The translations under genes were made by a program, and so were the position numbers. The notes beneath the pieces were generated by a model. That model had not been told where the DNA came from and ran no database searches. It saw only the letters and a list, made by a program, of their open reading frames with translations. A stretch of DNA of 64,000 bases from Fimbriosthenelais zetlandica (Eukaryota): NCBI GenBank assembly GCA_977030845.1, contig OZ365113.1:38936001-39000000 (forward strand). The letters are read 5' to 3'. Numbering within the stretch: position 1 is the stretch's first letter; every line of letters starts with the position of its first letter. Positions 13,501-28,500 of this stretch are shown piece after piece.

Positions 13501-16500
13501 CATAGGTGCTCATGCTAGCCACGTCCAAATTGAAAAAACAATTGAATTCAGTGATATCATAGCTAGAAATCATCGTCTCTTTTCCTATCATATACATCAT
13601 TATTATCATGTAACTTATCTACAGTGGCCCAGGTCCTGCGGTGGCTTGATCCAAAAATATATATCTTTTATCTTGGTGTTCCTCTTGGATTTAATCGATA
13701 TCTGTATGGACATGGGAGCAACAGGCAAAAAACAGGCGAGACGTGCTGCAGAAGTAACTTCACTGCTAGTCCACTGTATATAGAATATAACGATTCCTAC
13801 ATATATGGCAAATGAGTGGGACAAAATCTTTATTTCAAGCTTGATTAGCAGCCATTCATCTCCCAAGTATGTTGATCGTAATACATTTTCCTGATTTCCA
13901 AATGCTATTGGTCTAGCAAATGGAGCCTAATGAGTATTTTTTTTTATTCATTCGTGCTAGCCACTGGATAGGTGATTAACTATCCTTCATATATACTATG
14001 TAAATTAATAATAATAATAACTCGAAAGTTTCTCATCCCAAGAATCCAGTATTAAAATACTTTATTTACAAACATATTTGCCATATATTTGAGATTTTAG
14101 AGGAAACAATCTTGTATTTTTTTCATAGAAAATTACTGGTGCGCATTACCACTATATTGCTGATTCACGTGATAATAGATTGATTTATGTGACTTCTCCA
14201 TACGTGAACTCATTTGTTGTGGGATCTAGGGAGGCTTGATAGCGTGCTATGATTCAGTGAGGGTCATTTTTGTTGGAACATTATTTGCTTAAATATGTAT
14301 AGATCTGAGAATGGGGATTTGGTCTTTAATTCTCTGGCAGTGGGTATGAGCTCGGTCTATGGAATGAGTTGGATAAATCACTGGCAGAACTTTGCTTAAA
14401 TATTTAACACGTGTTATTCCCTCACAGATTGGCAATGACTCACGTCGCGGCAGCCAGTGTATAATACAGGTGGAGAGACCACAGAATGGGAAGGGAACAT
14501 TATTGTCTACTTCCCAAGAAACATCCAACAAATCTGAACAAATGTGTTTGAACAGTATATGGATTTGAAGCTTGATCGTTTATGATTCAAGAAATAAATC
14601 CAGGCGGATACAGACTGCAGAAATGACATGTATCTCTGACCTTATGCCTTACATAAAACTGAGGCCCATTCAAAGTGAAGTGATATGATTGAGTGTGATG
14701 CCAGGCAGAGAGCAGGAAGTAAATAGATGCTCACAGAGCTTAGAGCACATGATGGATTAATAGTACGTTTCTTTGGCATTGCCATCCTTTGTGGACAAGG
14801 CCATCAAACATAGACTAAGAATTGGAGGCAACAGTCAAAGGAGCTCTTAGAAGATAAATGATCTTGGTTTGAGAGGTTGAGAAGAATAGAAAGAGAAGAG
14901 GCATGATCTTCAGGGATTCTGTGCACATTGATTCACTTGGAGCATTTATTTTAATCGGCTTAAGTTTGACCAATTTATTTATCAGCGTCTTGGTGTTTGT
15001 AATAAAATAATTGCTCCATAAATAATTTGCTTCCAGATTCCTATAGTCATTATAATGTCCATTTTAATGGGATTTGCTAAGAAAACCCCCCGAGGGTTCC
15101 TTGTTGCAATGTAAATTCATTCTAGGCAATCTAGCATAGCGGTTCATTGCTGAGAAAACATCATAAATCACGGCCAAACCATGGTTTGCTTTTAAGGCCA
15201 CATTCGTGTAACACTGATGAATATTTTCTTGCCAACAATGCCAAGTCCTTGTGACATTAATGTCATCTCGTAGATTGGGCAGCATGTGGGGGTGGTCATT
15301 AAACATTTAGTATACTCCAAGAGCCCAGACCAATATGTCACAGGATGGCTAGGTGATTAAAAGCGGATAAATATCTCCCTCACGCCTTGGTAAGCTGCTC
15401 CTAAATGCTAGCAACTCACGTCAGGCCTCGAAAATGTGTAAAACAGTTTCATAGTAGGGATGTGTAGCATATGAGATCAAAATGTAGTTCTCTGTTTGAA
15501 AGACATTGATATATTTGCCTGGAAGTTCAAGGTTATAAGCATTGTAAATGTGTCATCTGTTCTGACTCTGGAGAGCAAATATTGTGTGTACAAATCTTAA
15601 GATTTACGCATCAATGTTTCTTTTCAAAAAGGTATATTGCAATTGAAGTTTAGAATCAGTCACCTGCCCCATATTATTAGTCGCACTGGTTGCACTGGGA
15701 TGGAAAGTTCCACTTCGATTTTACCCATTGTGAGGGAACCCTGAAAGCCTACTGAGAGCAGGAACATTACATAATATTAGCTTACCTGCAGGGGGACCAG
15801 GCTATATTGGCAAAGATGGCCACGCCCTCTAACATAATACACCCGAGATGTACAATTATTTCTGGTGCAAATGGGAGGAGCACGTTTCATCATTGCTTCC
15901 CATGAGAAATCAGCGCCATAAAACAATTATGAGAGAGCAGGCTCCCAAAATTGCTTGGTTGCAGACGCTGAGCCTTTGAGCAATATGTATGGCGGGGCAA
16001 AAATGTGCCAATTTGTTATACAAGAGCTCTGTCGATATTTTCTGTAAACGGAAACTATCTTCGAGTGAATACGAGGAACTCTCGATAAGTGAAAATGAAA
16101 GTGCATAAATGTGTTTGGCTAATTCAATAGGAGCTGGGAGAGAGAATTCCAGGGCCCGTTTCAGCGTAAAAATTTCCCATAGACTTAGCATTGCTAATGG
16201 TTTTTCTGAAACAGGTCCCTGGTGTAGCAAGGCTTGCATGTGATAAATGATATGAAGCTGTAAGGCGCCAACAGGAAAGTGGACAATCGATTCGCAATTT
16301 GAGAACAAGCGAGTATTGTGACAAAAATCTGAAAGTTCTTTATGGTTACATCTTCTGGGAGTTAATTAGCAGTTGGGAGAGGGATTTTATTTTGAATACG
16401 GTACCTCCTCCCTGCACACTTGGTGATTAGTGAGAATCGGATTAGAATCGCATGGAGAATCGAATTCGTGTATTCCAGGATTATAGCAAACAGAGAGACT

Positions 16501-19500
16501 GATATGTATATGGAATTCTCCAAACCCCTACCGGGCTGCCATGCAACCTTGGAGGAAAGACAAAACCCTTTCAGTTCTATGAAAAAGGAGCTCTGGCTGT
16601 AATGGAATTTAATCTTTTTCTTTTAAATCTAAATCACTCCAAGGGGTGTTTTTGGATGCCAAGGCGTGTGGAGAGAATATTTGAAGCAAATGTCAATTGT
16701 TGAGTGATGGAACAATTGTCTTCTCTTCCCCGAGGGAGGTAACCTTTTTATGTGGCGTGTGTCTGTCACTCCTTACTTTGTTAAATGTTATTCTGTCATG
16801 AAAAGTCTTAAAGAATCTCATTAAATATGCATGGCCCAATGGGGGTTTGATATATAAAAAAAAATAAGATGACTGGTCTATATGAGTGGTCGTCTGTAAG
16901 TCGGGTATAAATTTAACTTTGCCTGGACCTGTTGAGAAATGAGATCATTATAATCCATCATCAGTTTGTCAGCTGTTGTAGTATTGCTACTAAAGACGGT
17001 TGCACATTGGGTCAGGGCATTTCCTGGAATACTTTTAAGGTTTTCGACTTGATCATGTCAAAAGATCAGCTGGAAAATAAACTGTATGTTGGTATTGAAA
17101 TTGAAAATATACTTATTGTTCTTCCCTGAAGAATTTTCGACATATTTCCTTTTCAAAGTCTCGGACTAGGATATTAGTGTTTGTGCATTGCTTATGACTC
17201 TGACCAATGGAAGTGACAGTGACAAAATGCCAAGGTCCCAAAGCTAGTTAACAAGAGATGGCACTTGAATGTTAACTGGCCTCAAGCAAAAAGAAACTTG
17301 ACAGCCAAAAGGAAGGAGTTTATGAAATAAAAACCATGATTTATTGCGGGTTCTTGGAACTCAGCCAAAGCCATGTATGGTCAGAGAGAGTAGATGAGAG
17401 CCACACGGCATGGGGGCATGTCAAACTTGGTTCCTCGACTCTTTGCTATAGGATAAAGTGATTTACTGGAAATTGTTTGTGTCAGTATATTGACAAGTTG
17501 ATGGTACGATCAGTTGCGTGGCTCACGAGTACGAAGCCGTGTCTACTTGAGGTTACCAATGGGCACTTACTGAAAATAACTGGTAGGTGGAGAAGACTGA
17601 CGTCTAAATGTATGACATTAGAACATGCCTCTAGCCTTGTCTTGGTCTTACAGTGGGCGGCCACTGGTCAAATGAAGCTAACAGCCATAAGGTTTCTCCC
17701 AGATTCCCCTCAGTTTTCGCGTCAGCCGAGGGAATGCCTGATACAGCTGACCCCATAAAAGCTATCAACCTAATTAGTCGAACATTTCGTTAGTATTTAC
17801 TGTCCTTCACAATACTCAATTTGCTCATATCAGCTCATTTTAGGGCAGTATCTGTGCTTAATCGTACATTTATTGCCTTCTTTTATTACTACTATAAAAT
17901 GCTCTATTGGCGTGCTGCTTATTTCACTCAGTCTCTTTCGCTAATAAATGCTGTATGTTTACCCCCTTTACCTCCTTTGCCGCTTTCAGTGTCTTTTTTA
18001 TTTCTTGGCACTGATTTCCTAGCTCATGTCATTTATTTTGAACTGCTTGACCTTTACCCATTTGAAACTGGTGTATCCTGCTGAGCCTGTTTCCCACAAA
18101 CAAATCGTTGTGAAAGTTGTACGCAGTGCAACTACATATGGACATGGTCATTAGTTTGTACTGGTATTGGATTTTTTTCTATTATGCATTCATATGATTG
18201 CAGATGTCCCGTTTCTATGTTATGGCTGTCTCTTGCATCATTCGCATTCCACATATATTCTGTGAGAAATTCAAAGTTGTAAAGCAGTATCTGTTCCATG
18301 GTACGTGCTCTCCATTAAAATGGCCTCCGTCTGAGCCGCCAGACGCTGCCTCCATGATGACGATTTTTAACCTGAACTCAAAATTGAATTCCGAGAGCGA
18401 CTTTGTTCTCGGGAAAAATATTATGCATTCAAGTGGTAGGATACTGCTTCCAAGAAGTAATACTGGGATGAAAGGGACTTTATGGTATATATCAGCCATA
18501 GCGAGTCTGAAAGACCACTTAAAACCAAGACTCTGGTATGTATTATGTATGAAACTGCCTATTCCCCTGATGATTTCTGTTGAAATCAGTAGTGACATGT
18601 ACTGTCCAGCACATCCCTCTCTTTCTCCCTGTGGGAGTCTGCATCATGAGGGAAGACAGTCAACAGTTGAATCTCTTAATAACTTTATGGCTTGTGTCGC
18701 ATTGCCAGACTTAGTTCTCAAAGCTTCTTATGTTGTCTTCTAAAATAGTATGCAGCAGTATTCAGAGGACAGTATCCATTCCAGAATATAAATCTCAGCA
18801 TAATCTAAAAACAATGGTTTGTCTTCCTAATTACATTAATGTATCCAATGTCACTAAAAAAATCTTCATTGTGCCTAGGAATTTAAATTGAATAATAATT
18901 GGTGGTTATGCGAGTAATAAAAATACACATCCATGATTAGAAATGACAGGGAGGAGGGTGCCTGAATCTAAACTTGATTGAATAGATTAAAAGTTATGAC
19001 AGTTCAAAGCCTGACAGATCCTCCCTGACTAACAATCCATCTCCATATACAATGTATGTGCATTTGAATGATAAAACCATAGCTGTTTGATTTTTATGAA
19101 GGAGCTGCTTCCCGTGGAGGGAAACATTTCATTACATCTCCTTCCGACCATAATGTCAGTGGACCGCTGCCTTGGAAGGGGACATTTCCATGTGATAAAT
19201 GTTTAATTTGGCCAGGTTTAAAGCTGTCACTAATGATGCGTGCTGAGTACACGGTCGTATATTGGACCTCGGGCTACATATTAATGCCCTCACCAATTCC
19301 TTTGCCTGGATCCCCTTCCATAACGGACCCAACTTCTGCCCGTACGTTTTCATCACGGGGCTTCTGCTGCAATACATGATGGCAACAATTTGCAGTAAAA
19401 GTTCCGCTGGTCCCGTACTTGTATTTTGTCTTCCTGTCCGCAGCCAGCAATTTATGGCTCTTGACAAAGTGAATTATTGGAGGAACGCATTTCCTCCAGT

Positions 19501-22500
19501 TTATGCCAGGCAGTTTAGAATTTTATAGCATGAAGAGGTAGTTGGCTGATTTATTGTTTCTTTGCCACTGTGGTCCTCTCAAATGCAGCCATTACAACCA
19601 ATAGCCATCAGCTCTTGACTAGAAGGAACTAGCTACTTTCAACTTACTCCTGGCCATGGAAAATAAACTCATATACTCGCAGCTAGATTGCTTGTGGCTT
19701 CTGCCTTTACCCACTGCAGCAGTTTCGATAATGGAAGTGCAGAACTGTGTAACATAGCATTCAGGAAAGCGATAATTATTTAGCCCTGGGCTGATGGCCG
19801 GCCCATTGTTTCTAGACACAGCTCCTTCTCTCTAATCAATTCATGACTGCAGCAAATCCGATATAGATGTTCCTCATTGAAGGAAAAATGAAATATTAAA
19901 AGAATATAATAATATCTTTTCTCCTTTTGATACATATTATGTAAAGGATCCTATTATTATACTTGGGACCTGTTACGCTGTCGACTGTTGCTGTATGGAA
20001 TGGCTCATTCCAGATTCCCGGTCTTCTTCCCAACCCCAGGAATATTTTATATCTCGATGGTACACTGGCATGCAAGAAATCAATTTAAAGAAAGAAGGCA
20101 AACTTCTGTTGGCATTCACTGGAACCGAGTAGCCTCATTTATGTTTTCCTATAGAGTCCTATATCTTGTGTATTGATTTTATTTCTTATGTTTTGCCTTC
20201 TTTCTAGAAGATGTACTGAAGACAAGGCTTGTGTATTATTTTATGTGGAGAATATAGCGTCATGTTAGCTGTATTATAGTGTTCATTTTCATACATTGTT
20301 TAAATCTCTAAATTGACTGCATTTGGAGGTCAGGGAAAACTCTGGTTTGGACTTGTTTGCATGCCGTTAGCGCTTCTCTGACATTCACAAACGAGTATAG
20401 ATGTATACTGGTTGCTTACACATATGCTGATAAAGGTCAATGCATTCTGCCTACCTTTCCTTCCATCCGTGCCATACAGAACATCCCCAGAGCCTCTTTC
20501 ATGAGAGCTGCAGGAAATGTATACATTAGTAGACTGAACTTTGTCATTATATCTGCGACTGTTAACAGAGATATATACATTTAGTTTCTTCTCATCTCTT
20601 AAAAAGTCTTTGTGTTGTATTACTTCTTTGGATGGATTCCCAGTAGACTGTTGCTGCTTGAAAGGAGATTAGCAAATATCAACAGGCAGTGGCACTGTCG
20701 CCTTGTGAACACAGATATCGGGAATCTTTGCGATCACATCATCCCTTCTGTGACATTCTCTCCTCATCAGAAGCTTGTGGTACTCATCTATTCCCTTTAT
20801 GATGGGAAAGCAACCTCTGAATATGATGGCTTGTTTCTATTGTTTCATACGTGCGATGTTTAAGATCATGCTTCAGTGTAATAAGGTTTCGGGGTTGGAA
20901 ATGTTTTTAAACTTTTAACATAATAAGCCTTTCACAGTTTTCGTATCGGGTGATCTAATAGAGATTTTCTGGTTTTTTTTCCAGAGATTGGTGACCGTGG
21001 CTGAAAAAGCTCATTCTGAGCACTTATTCGAGGAACGATTACAGGTAACATTGATTTCTTTTTATAAACATTTTTACCCGGATTTTAGCAACAATTATTA
21101 TTGATTTAACCATAAAAACATACAATTTGCAATTTCGTAGAGTTGCACAGATTTACAATTATGGAAACAGATTTATGTCAAATTGGTGCGATGATGTGTT
21201 CTCCAATGCATTTAAACCACTCTTTCCTCTAGCTTTGGTACAAACAGGGCATGGATAAAAGTGACAACAGGAAACTGTATAAGCGATATGTATGTTTTCT
21301 CTGGCTTCCAAATTACTTTCTCTTAGATGTTCTGACACAGAGCATTGCTAATATTCATATTGAAAACAGGCCCCAACAGGACAGCAGTCTGTTAGTTGAA
21401 AAGTATGGTTTGGTTATAAAGTCTGTGTCAGAACATTTCAATATGAATATTAGCAATGCTCTATGGCTAATTTTGGTTTTGGAACAGGCTCCTGCACTAA
21501 TTAAGAATATATGTTCTCCCAGAGAGACTGTGTGGTGTCTCTTTGATTCACCTAATATATATTACATTTATAGTATAAGATATGGAGGAATGTGATAAGG
21601 AATTTAATATATTGCACTACATTCAGCCTTCACACCTTTCATTTCCCGGGAGTATAAATCGTTTATCAGTTGTTTGTCACTGTTATTGATTTATCAGTTG
21701 TTTTCAACCTAAGTATAGGCTATTTATAAGACCAGCCTCTCTGTGGCTAAAAATGGATGTAGCAATGGGCGATATCTCAGACAAGTCATACATTATAGAC
21801 CTTGGTGTCTAACACTATGACATTTTACATGAGTAGAGTAAAAGGGAACTTTCCAAATTGTTTGGAGGGGATATAATGTGGTTTCCGTCGAGATTTCTGG
21901 CTGGCTGCCGATTCTGACCATCTCAATGGTTTTAGTCTATGGCAGGAGTATGTAAGTACCAGTCAATGCTTTTAGCTCCCAATCCCCAGAGGCCTTGTAT
22001 GAATCGACTGCCAATAATATATATTTGTGAAGTAAGACACCTACATGGCCAGCCTGGGTGCTGGTTCCTAAGTGCATGCCTCAGGTGTGAAAGTGAGATG
22101 TACTGGAATAATTTATTAGAAAAATAGAGTTTATCTCGTTTTGGAGCGTTCAGTTCTGCTGCAGTATCCTATCCTATGGGTTGTCCCCATCTCTTTATAT
22201 ATGTGTACAATTGGAATTAATAATTATTAAGGGTGATTGTAGCCTAAATATCTATTGATTCCTGGGCCCTCCATAGATTGCTGCAATGACTCTCACAGCA
22301 ACCTGTCCAACAGAAACAGACAATCAGATTTTTTGTAAGGTATGCATGTCTGGTTCTCTATGATTTATAAGTATAAGCCCTATGGATGTCATATTAATAA
22401 TACAACTATGATGATCATTTCCAAGACTGAAATAATATCCATTAAAAGGATCCCCTGTGACATCTTTGTGCTACTGCAACATCTTTAGATGTAACCCTCT

Positions 22501-25500
22501 GTCGGTAGATTCATCCTGTTTTTCTTCTCAATGTTCTATCTATATCCTCCATCTGTGTCCTCTAGAGAGGTCCTAAACCGGTGGCCTACCACATCTGAAG
22601 GTTAGGGGTCTACTTATTACATCTGACGGGGCAACTATTGGAGTGTTAATATCTACAGGGATGCTGTTGTGCCATTGACCACTCTTGGCAAGGAAGGAAA
22701 AACTTATTCTGACTGCGATCGCCAAGTAGTGCTACTAAGCCAAATCCCCTGAGTCTGAAACGACTGCAACAGCTATGCACGTGTCACATTGCATTAGCCT
22801 GGGATATATTACATTCCCTCAAGCCAAGGATTGAATCCAAGCCATATTTTAGAGAACACAGAGCGGTGTTCCCCTCACCTACTCCCCCATCCTGTATTAG
22901 ATTTGTGTCATCCTACTCATATTGATGTAAAAGCACCACATAGTCATGTAAAAGCACCACATAGTCATGTAAAAGCACCACATAGACGTGTTCATTAACA
23001 CATAAGATTAACACTTGTCTATAGCATAAAACGTAGTATCGAAAATATAAATCTGAAAGTAATATCATATTTCATATTTATTTTTAAAATAATGCTTGAA
23101 GAGTATAAAAAGCTATCTGGCCCCATATGACATGAATATTAAAATTCATTTTGATTAATTTTTTTTTTTAAATCGAACAAAACATTACTGAGTTATTCAA
23201 AAACCGCATGGAAATAATTCGCTGTAGTTAATAAAAGTAATAGATGCTTATGATCAAAGTTTAGTAAGAAGTTCCCAAAGTCTTCCTTTCCCAGATCTCC
23301 CTTGGCTATGACCTTCAACTCGGTTCTAAGAATGATGATGTGTTTTTGCCCTGGATGCCTTTTGTCCACAGTAAGCTGATAGTTGTCTGGTCTTGTACAG
23401 GGACACCTGCTTCCAGATAGCTGGCATCTGGAGCTCTCACCTGACGTTACCCTCAGGCACCTGGTAGAAGCTTGGGTAGGAGGCTTTAGAGATAAGCTGA
23501 TAACTGTAAATGCATGTCTAGAGTTACAGACACGGTAGCCCTGAGATAAGACAACTGGAGGCAGGTAACTTAGAACACCAAGCACCCACAAGATCATCCT
23601 GCACTCTGTGTATGTTATCACCCTAGCAAGTTTCTGATATAGGAAGAACAACCTCGTTTAGAAAAATATAACATGCACTATGTCTTTCCTTGCTAAGCCA
23701 AACTACAAATGATACATGAATAATATACAATGACACTCTCCATGAGAATTAGAACATATTTTCCTCTGTGATTCGTTAAACAGCAGCGTACTAATCTTTA
23801 GGATATTCAGTGGATGATGAGTCAGCAATTCTCGATGGCTCTTATAATTTTCTGTCCACAGTGGCTATCTTGTTGATGTTCGTTTCCTTTTAAGTGAAAA
23901 GGTAATTTCCAACTTACAAGATTAAGGTGCACCAGGACATTCTCAAATGCACTTCTAGGTTGATAAGGGCGTTTAGATTTATTTCATTGTTTGATTAATG
24001 AGTTCTGGGCCTAAACTTCCCCCTTCAATTTTATGTGTATAGTCATCATTCACAAGAAGCGGATTAATCCTGGGGCCAACAGTATTAGACAATTGCATGT
24101 TCTGATTTCAGCATTCCAGGTCTAATTTTAACTTAATCTTGCACTGACCTTAGGTAGTTGTTTAAATCATGCCATATTCCAAGTTATTTTTGGCGTTATC
24201 CAAATGGCACAACTAACAGATTTATAGTTTTAACAGTTCACATTTCCCATCAACTTAGAAACGTTCTAATGTAGAGATTATAAATAGAGGCAGACTGTCT
24301 GGAAAATGAGAGTGAGGCATGGTCAGAGCTAACATTGTCTGAAGACTTACTATTTGTCAGCCAAAAAAATGTCATAATTCCATTCATTTGAAAATTTCTC
24401 CTCTATTTCTAGTGGTGGTTTAGGTTGCAGGTTGATTTAGTGATTATTTGTATTGGAATTTTTTTTTTGAGTTTATAACGACATTTTATTTTACCAATAC
24501 ATTTTAACAATGTTTTTTCAGGCAGTCGTATTTGTATACATGTACAGTGTAGTAGTAGTATTAACATAAAAAATACAGGGATTAAAATTGACAATACTAA
24601 CATTGTACCATTAATCATTTGTTATTAAAAATTATGTGCATTTAAAGGAAAGAACTAGCTCGCAGCCATGAGTGCATGTATATACCAATCCCACTTGAAT
24701 AAAGTAAATCATTTCTAATAGTCAAAATACACCAAAAAAATTGTAGCATGAATTAGTTTTAGTTATTTAGATAATTCGTTATTATTTTCTTAAATGCATC
24801 GAGATCATCAACTTTCCTGATGTCAGGGGGGAGATCGTTCCAGGCTTTCCTCCCGACGTACCAAGTAGACTTTCTGTATTTTTCTGTTCGGAAACTATTG
24901 ATATTAAAAAGAAGGGCATCATTTTTCCTAGTTAGCATATTAATTGGTTTATCTAATTAGTTATCTAATTAACTTGTCAACTGATGCTGGAGATGCCTGA
25001 AGACAAATTCATGATTTACAACTGACGTCACATGGCCCCACAGGGCTGCATTACACTAGCCGCGAGTAAGGTGCAACTAATGAACTTCTTATGGGAGGGG
25101 ATTTCCTTGTTTTGCTTCCTACTCCTTCCGGATTTTTGTTCGTGTCTCTTTTTCTGGTGGATCATTGACACAAATAGTCTGTGAAAAATGTTTTAAAAAA
25201 GAATTCTTCTTGAGGGCTTGCCTTGAATTGCGTGGGCTTCAAACGATCATCAATTCAAAACGATTCTCTTTTATCGAAGCAAATTTTAGAAGGTACACTA
25301 GGCAACTTCAGCTGCAGCATATTTCCTCGATGACATCTGCACTGCATTGCACTGCATTGAACAACAATGCGGCTACACTTGCAGTGATTGTTGATTTAAA
25401 GAAGGCCTTCGACATAGTCAATCAGCATATTATGATTATTGCTTGAGAAATTTTATGAAGTTAGTTTTAAGAGCGGACCGTGTCATTGACTTTCTTGTTG

Positions 25501-28500
25501 AGAGTGTGCCCATTGCACTCTGGTCATTAAATGTCAATGGGAAAATATAAAATATTATTGAGTGCCACAGCAGACCAATACTGGGGGAGGCATTTAAATT
25601 CCAAACACTCATCTGGATGTGTAAACCATCCTTTTAGAAAGCATTGACATTCAGCAGCAGTTATGTGCCCTAGACTGAAGACCAAGATGAAACTAATGAC
25701 TGAGGAATCTCTGGTGAAAAATGGTCAAGAGATCTGGAATGGAAATTTGATGGTCTTTGTATTTGATGATGTAAATTGCCTTCATGCATGGCCCTATTTC
25801 TGTTTAGTATTTGACACCGTCACAGCAACACAACATTATATAATGTCTCATCACTGCACATGAGTAGGCTAGTTATAAGGAAATGTTGGGCATCAAATAT
25901 CAAATATTTATTTGTCAATTGTAAACCTAAAGATGCAGAGCCAAAGAAGTTGGTAGGAAACTACACAGGTCCTCTCTTGGTTTTTTACTGTATCCCTATG
26001 GTGGAATTGTGCAGCCTCTGATATTTTTATCAACCAATATGGCACACTTTTTCCTTTGAAAGCAGTTCAAACAAAGAAAACTTTTTGATTTAATGACATA
26101 TTGGATAAAATATTGGTTTTCAGCTTGGGAGGTGTATAGACCGGCTTGGGAGCAGCCTTACCCCTTCCACATCTCGGTGACCACAAATCCCATGAGATGG
26201 CATGGTGCCCAAACTCTTTGCCATGGCACACGCCTAGAGAAAGATCGATTCTGACCTTTAATGCGATGAAATATGAGAGGGTTGAGAGGGCGGGGGAGGG
26301 GTATTTGGAAGAGGTTGTACACCCTCAGGACCTGCCACTGATTCCATGCAGCTCTGGCTAGTTTCAAAACTGTCTGGCCTGACGCCAATGTCTGCCTTTT
26401 GCTGCCCCAAGAGTCAAAGTTGCTTCTTCTGACAGAAACACATAAAACAAGCACATATGCTTGCAGGATGTGCTCTGGTAGACACTGAATCTTCTTCCAA
26501 GTTGATGCTTATGCAGCAATATAATGTACAGCAATATAATATGACATGTACTGCTGAGATTTCTACTGGTCAGTGTTACTAATTTTGATTATGAATTTCT
26601 AATATGTAAAGGAATAATCTTTCCTTTAAAAGTTTTCCTGTGAATACTGCACTAAATAACGAACATTAGAGAGTCTCCCTGGACCTTTTGATATCTAAAG
26701 CAGAATACCACATTAATATAAATGTCCCAGTTGGTTCCGACTGTAATTTGATAGGACTGGCAAATAAGATGATCCCATTATGCTGCAAATTGAACTAACT
26801 CTTTCCCATGCAGAAGTCGAGTTGCCATTCATTTTCACAATGAGTACCCTCAAAGCTAGATTTCGTTTGTGGAAATCATTTTTAATTAAACATGATATCA
26901 ACAAGAGAAGGGGGTTTGGCCTCAATTAATCAGACATGGGCATGCTCAAGAGAACGACGTGGAAGTGGATTTTATTGCAAGCCTCTCAAGTTTCAAACAG
27001 ATTTAGTTTTTTGTTAATACCTTCTGGGGGCTAACATGGCTTATCATATTATGGCTTAACTCATATTATACATGTATACTATTTATTTAGCAGATAAGGC
27101 TTTTCACATTGATGTCCACCTTGTTAACTGACCCTTGTGTTTTTGTCTGCTTTACAGAAAGATTATCCTAAAGCGAAGAAGTTAAATACGTCTGAAATAA
27201 CACTGGTGGAGAACGAACACTTCAATTACATCCCGGTTAATCTAACCATGAGCACTGTCCATGTACCCACTAACGTATATGATGAATGTGAGTACTCTTC
27301 ATTATTATTTTTATATTATAAAATTTACATACATAATTCATACATGCTACATATATGTCCTTTGTTGCTGGGTGAAACAATGTTTTAGATCTACGGAAAG
27401 GTTGAAGAGTTCTCAAAACTCGTCATTCAGGACATAAGAGGAAGGGACAGAATAAAGCATATAGGATAACGAATGCTATGGGTAATACACCTGTCAAAGC
27501 CAGGTCTCATGTCCTCGTCTACCCGCTCAGATTAGCCTATCTAGGCCACTGCTTCCGGCTCTGACACTGTCAAACCGGTCAAAAAAGCCGGTCGGGGAGG
27601 CCCAGCAATTAGTAGCTACTTCCCATCCTATGTAGATCCCCACAAGAGTCACAAAGGCATCTCCATGGTCCTTTGTCTCTCCACCCTTTTCCCCTTTTCT
27701 TGTCATAGCGAATTGTCATTTTGGTTATGAATATCCTAGTCTCACACTGACATAACCCGCCTTTCTATATCTCATTTATTAGCTTTTAGTTTCCCGTGAG
27801 GCTAAAGTTACTAGAGTGATTTGAAAGCCTATATAGGAGGTTGTTCAGCCTAGGGAGTTGAAATTTGACCCTTCCTATACTGCTTATTGTCCTGCTCTCT
27901 CCCCGCTGATTCCATTTATACAATCTAGATATTTGCAGTCTTAATAAAATATGTGAAATAAAAAGTTTACATATAGGCATGTACGAAAGGTCATATATAC
28001 TTATTTTTAAAGGCTTATAGGAACTTTTCTACAGTCTGATAAGTTTGGAAAATTCATCCAAGCTATTTCCCTGATTAAATTGATTCCATGTACATCTGAA
28101 TATATATGGAGTCGTCTTGAGATAGATATCCTTTTCAACTTAATCCACGAGTCCCCAAATAGAGTTAGAGTGGATATTTCAAATTGCAGAACTTTGCAAA
28201 AGTTTGTGAAGAGCAGCATATAGCTTTTGTATATTTTGCAAGTAATTGCATGCATTGCCTTTAATATTTCTGCCAGTCAATCAATGCTATTCAAATAAAC
28301 TGTTGCTATATATTTCAACAAAGTGTGATAACCCTGCACTTTCTGTATGATCCTATATTGTATGCATTTGAGAATAGCATACTTAAGCATTGGTGGAATT
28401 TCTATGAGACCTGCTGGTAAGCTCCTGCTTATTTGTTTAGCACTTCATTTCCTCTCCTGGTCATGCATCTTCATAACTCCTCCCATCAATCAACTAAACG

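Noticed and set aside
18198-18743. 181-aa plus-strand ORF and overlapping 127-aa minus-strand ORF
   Set aside because: No splice-compatible or homologous signal. Faint L2-like RT traces on the minus strand suggest a decayed LINE, not a nested gene.
23193-23651. 152-aa minus-strand ORF
   Set aside because: Only vague APE-endonuclease-like traces; not a supportable gene.
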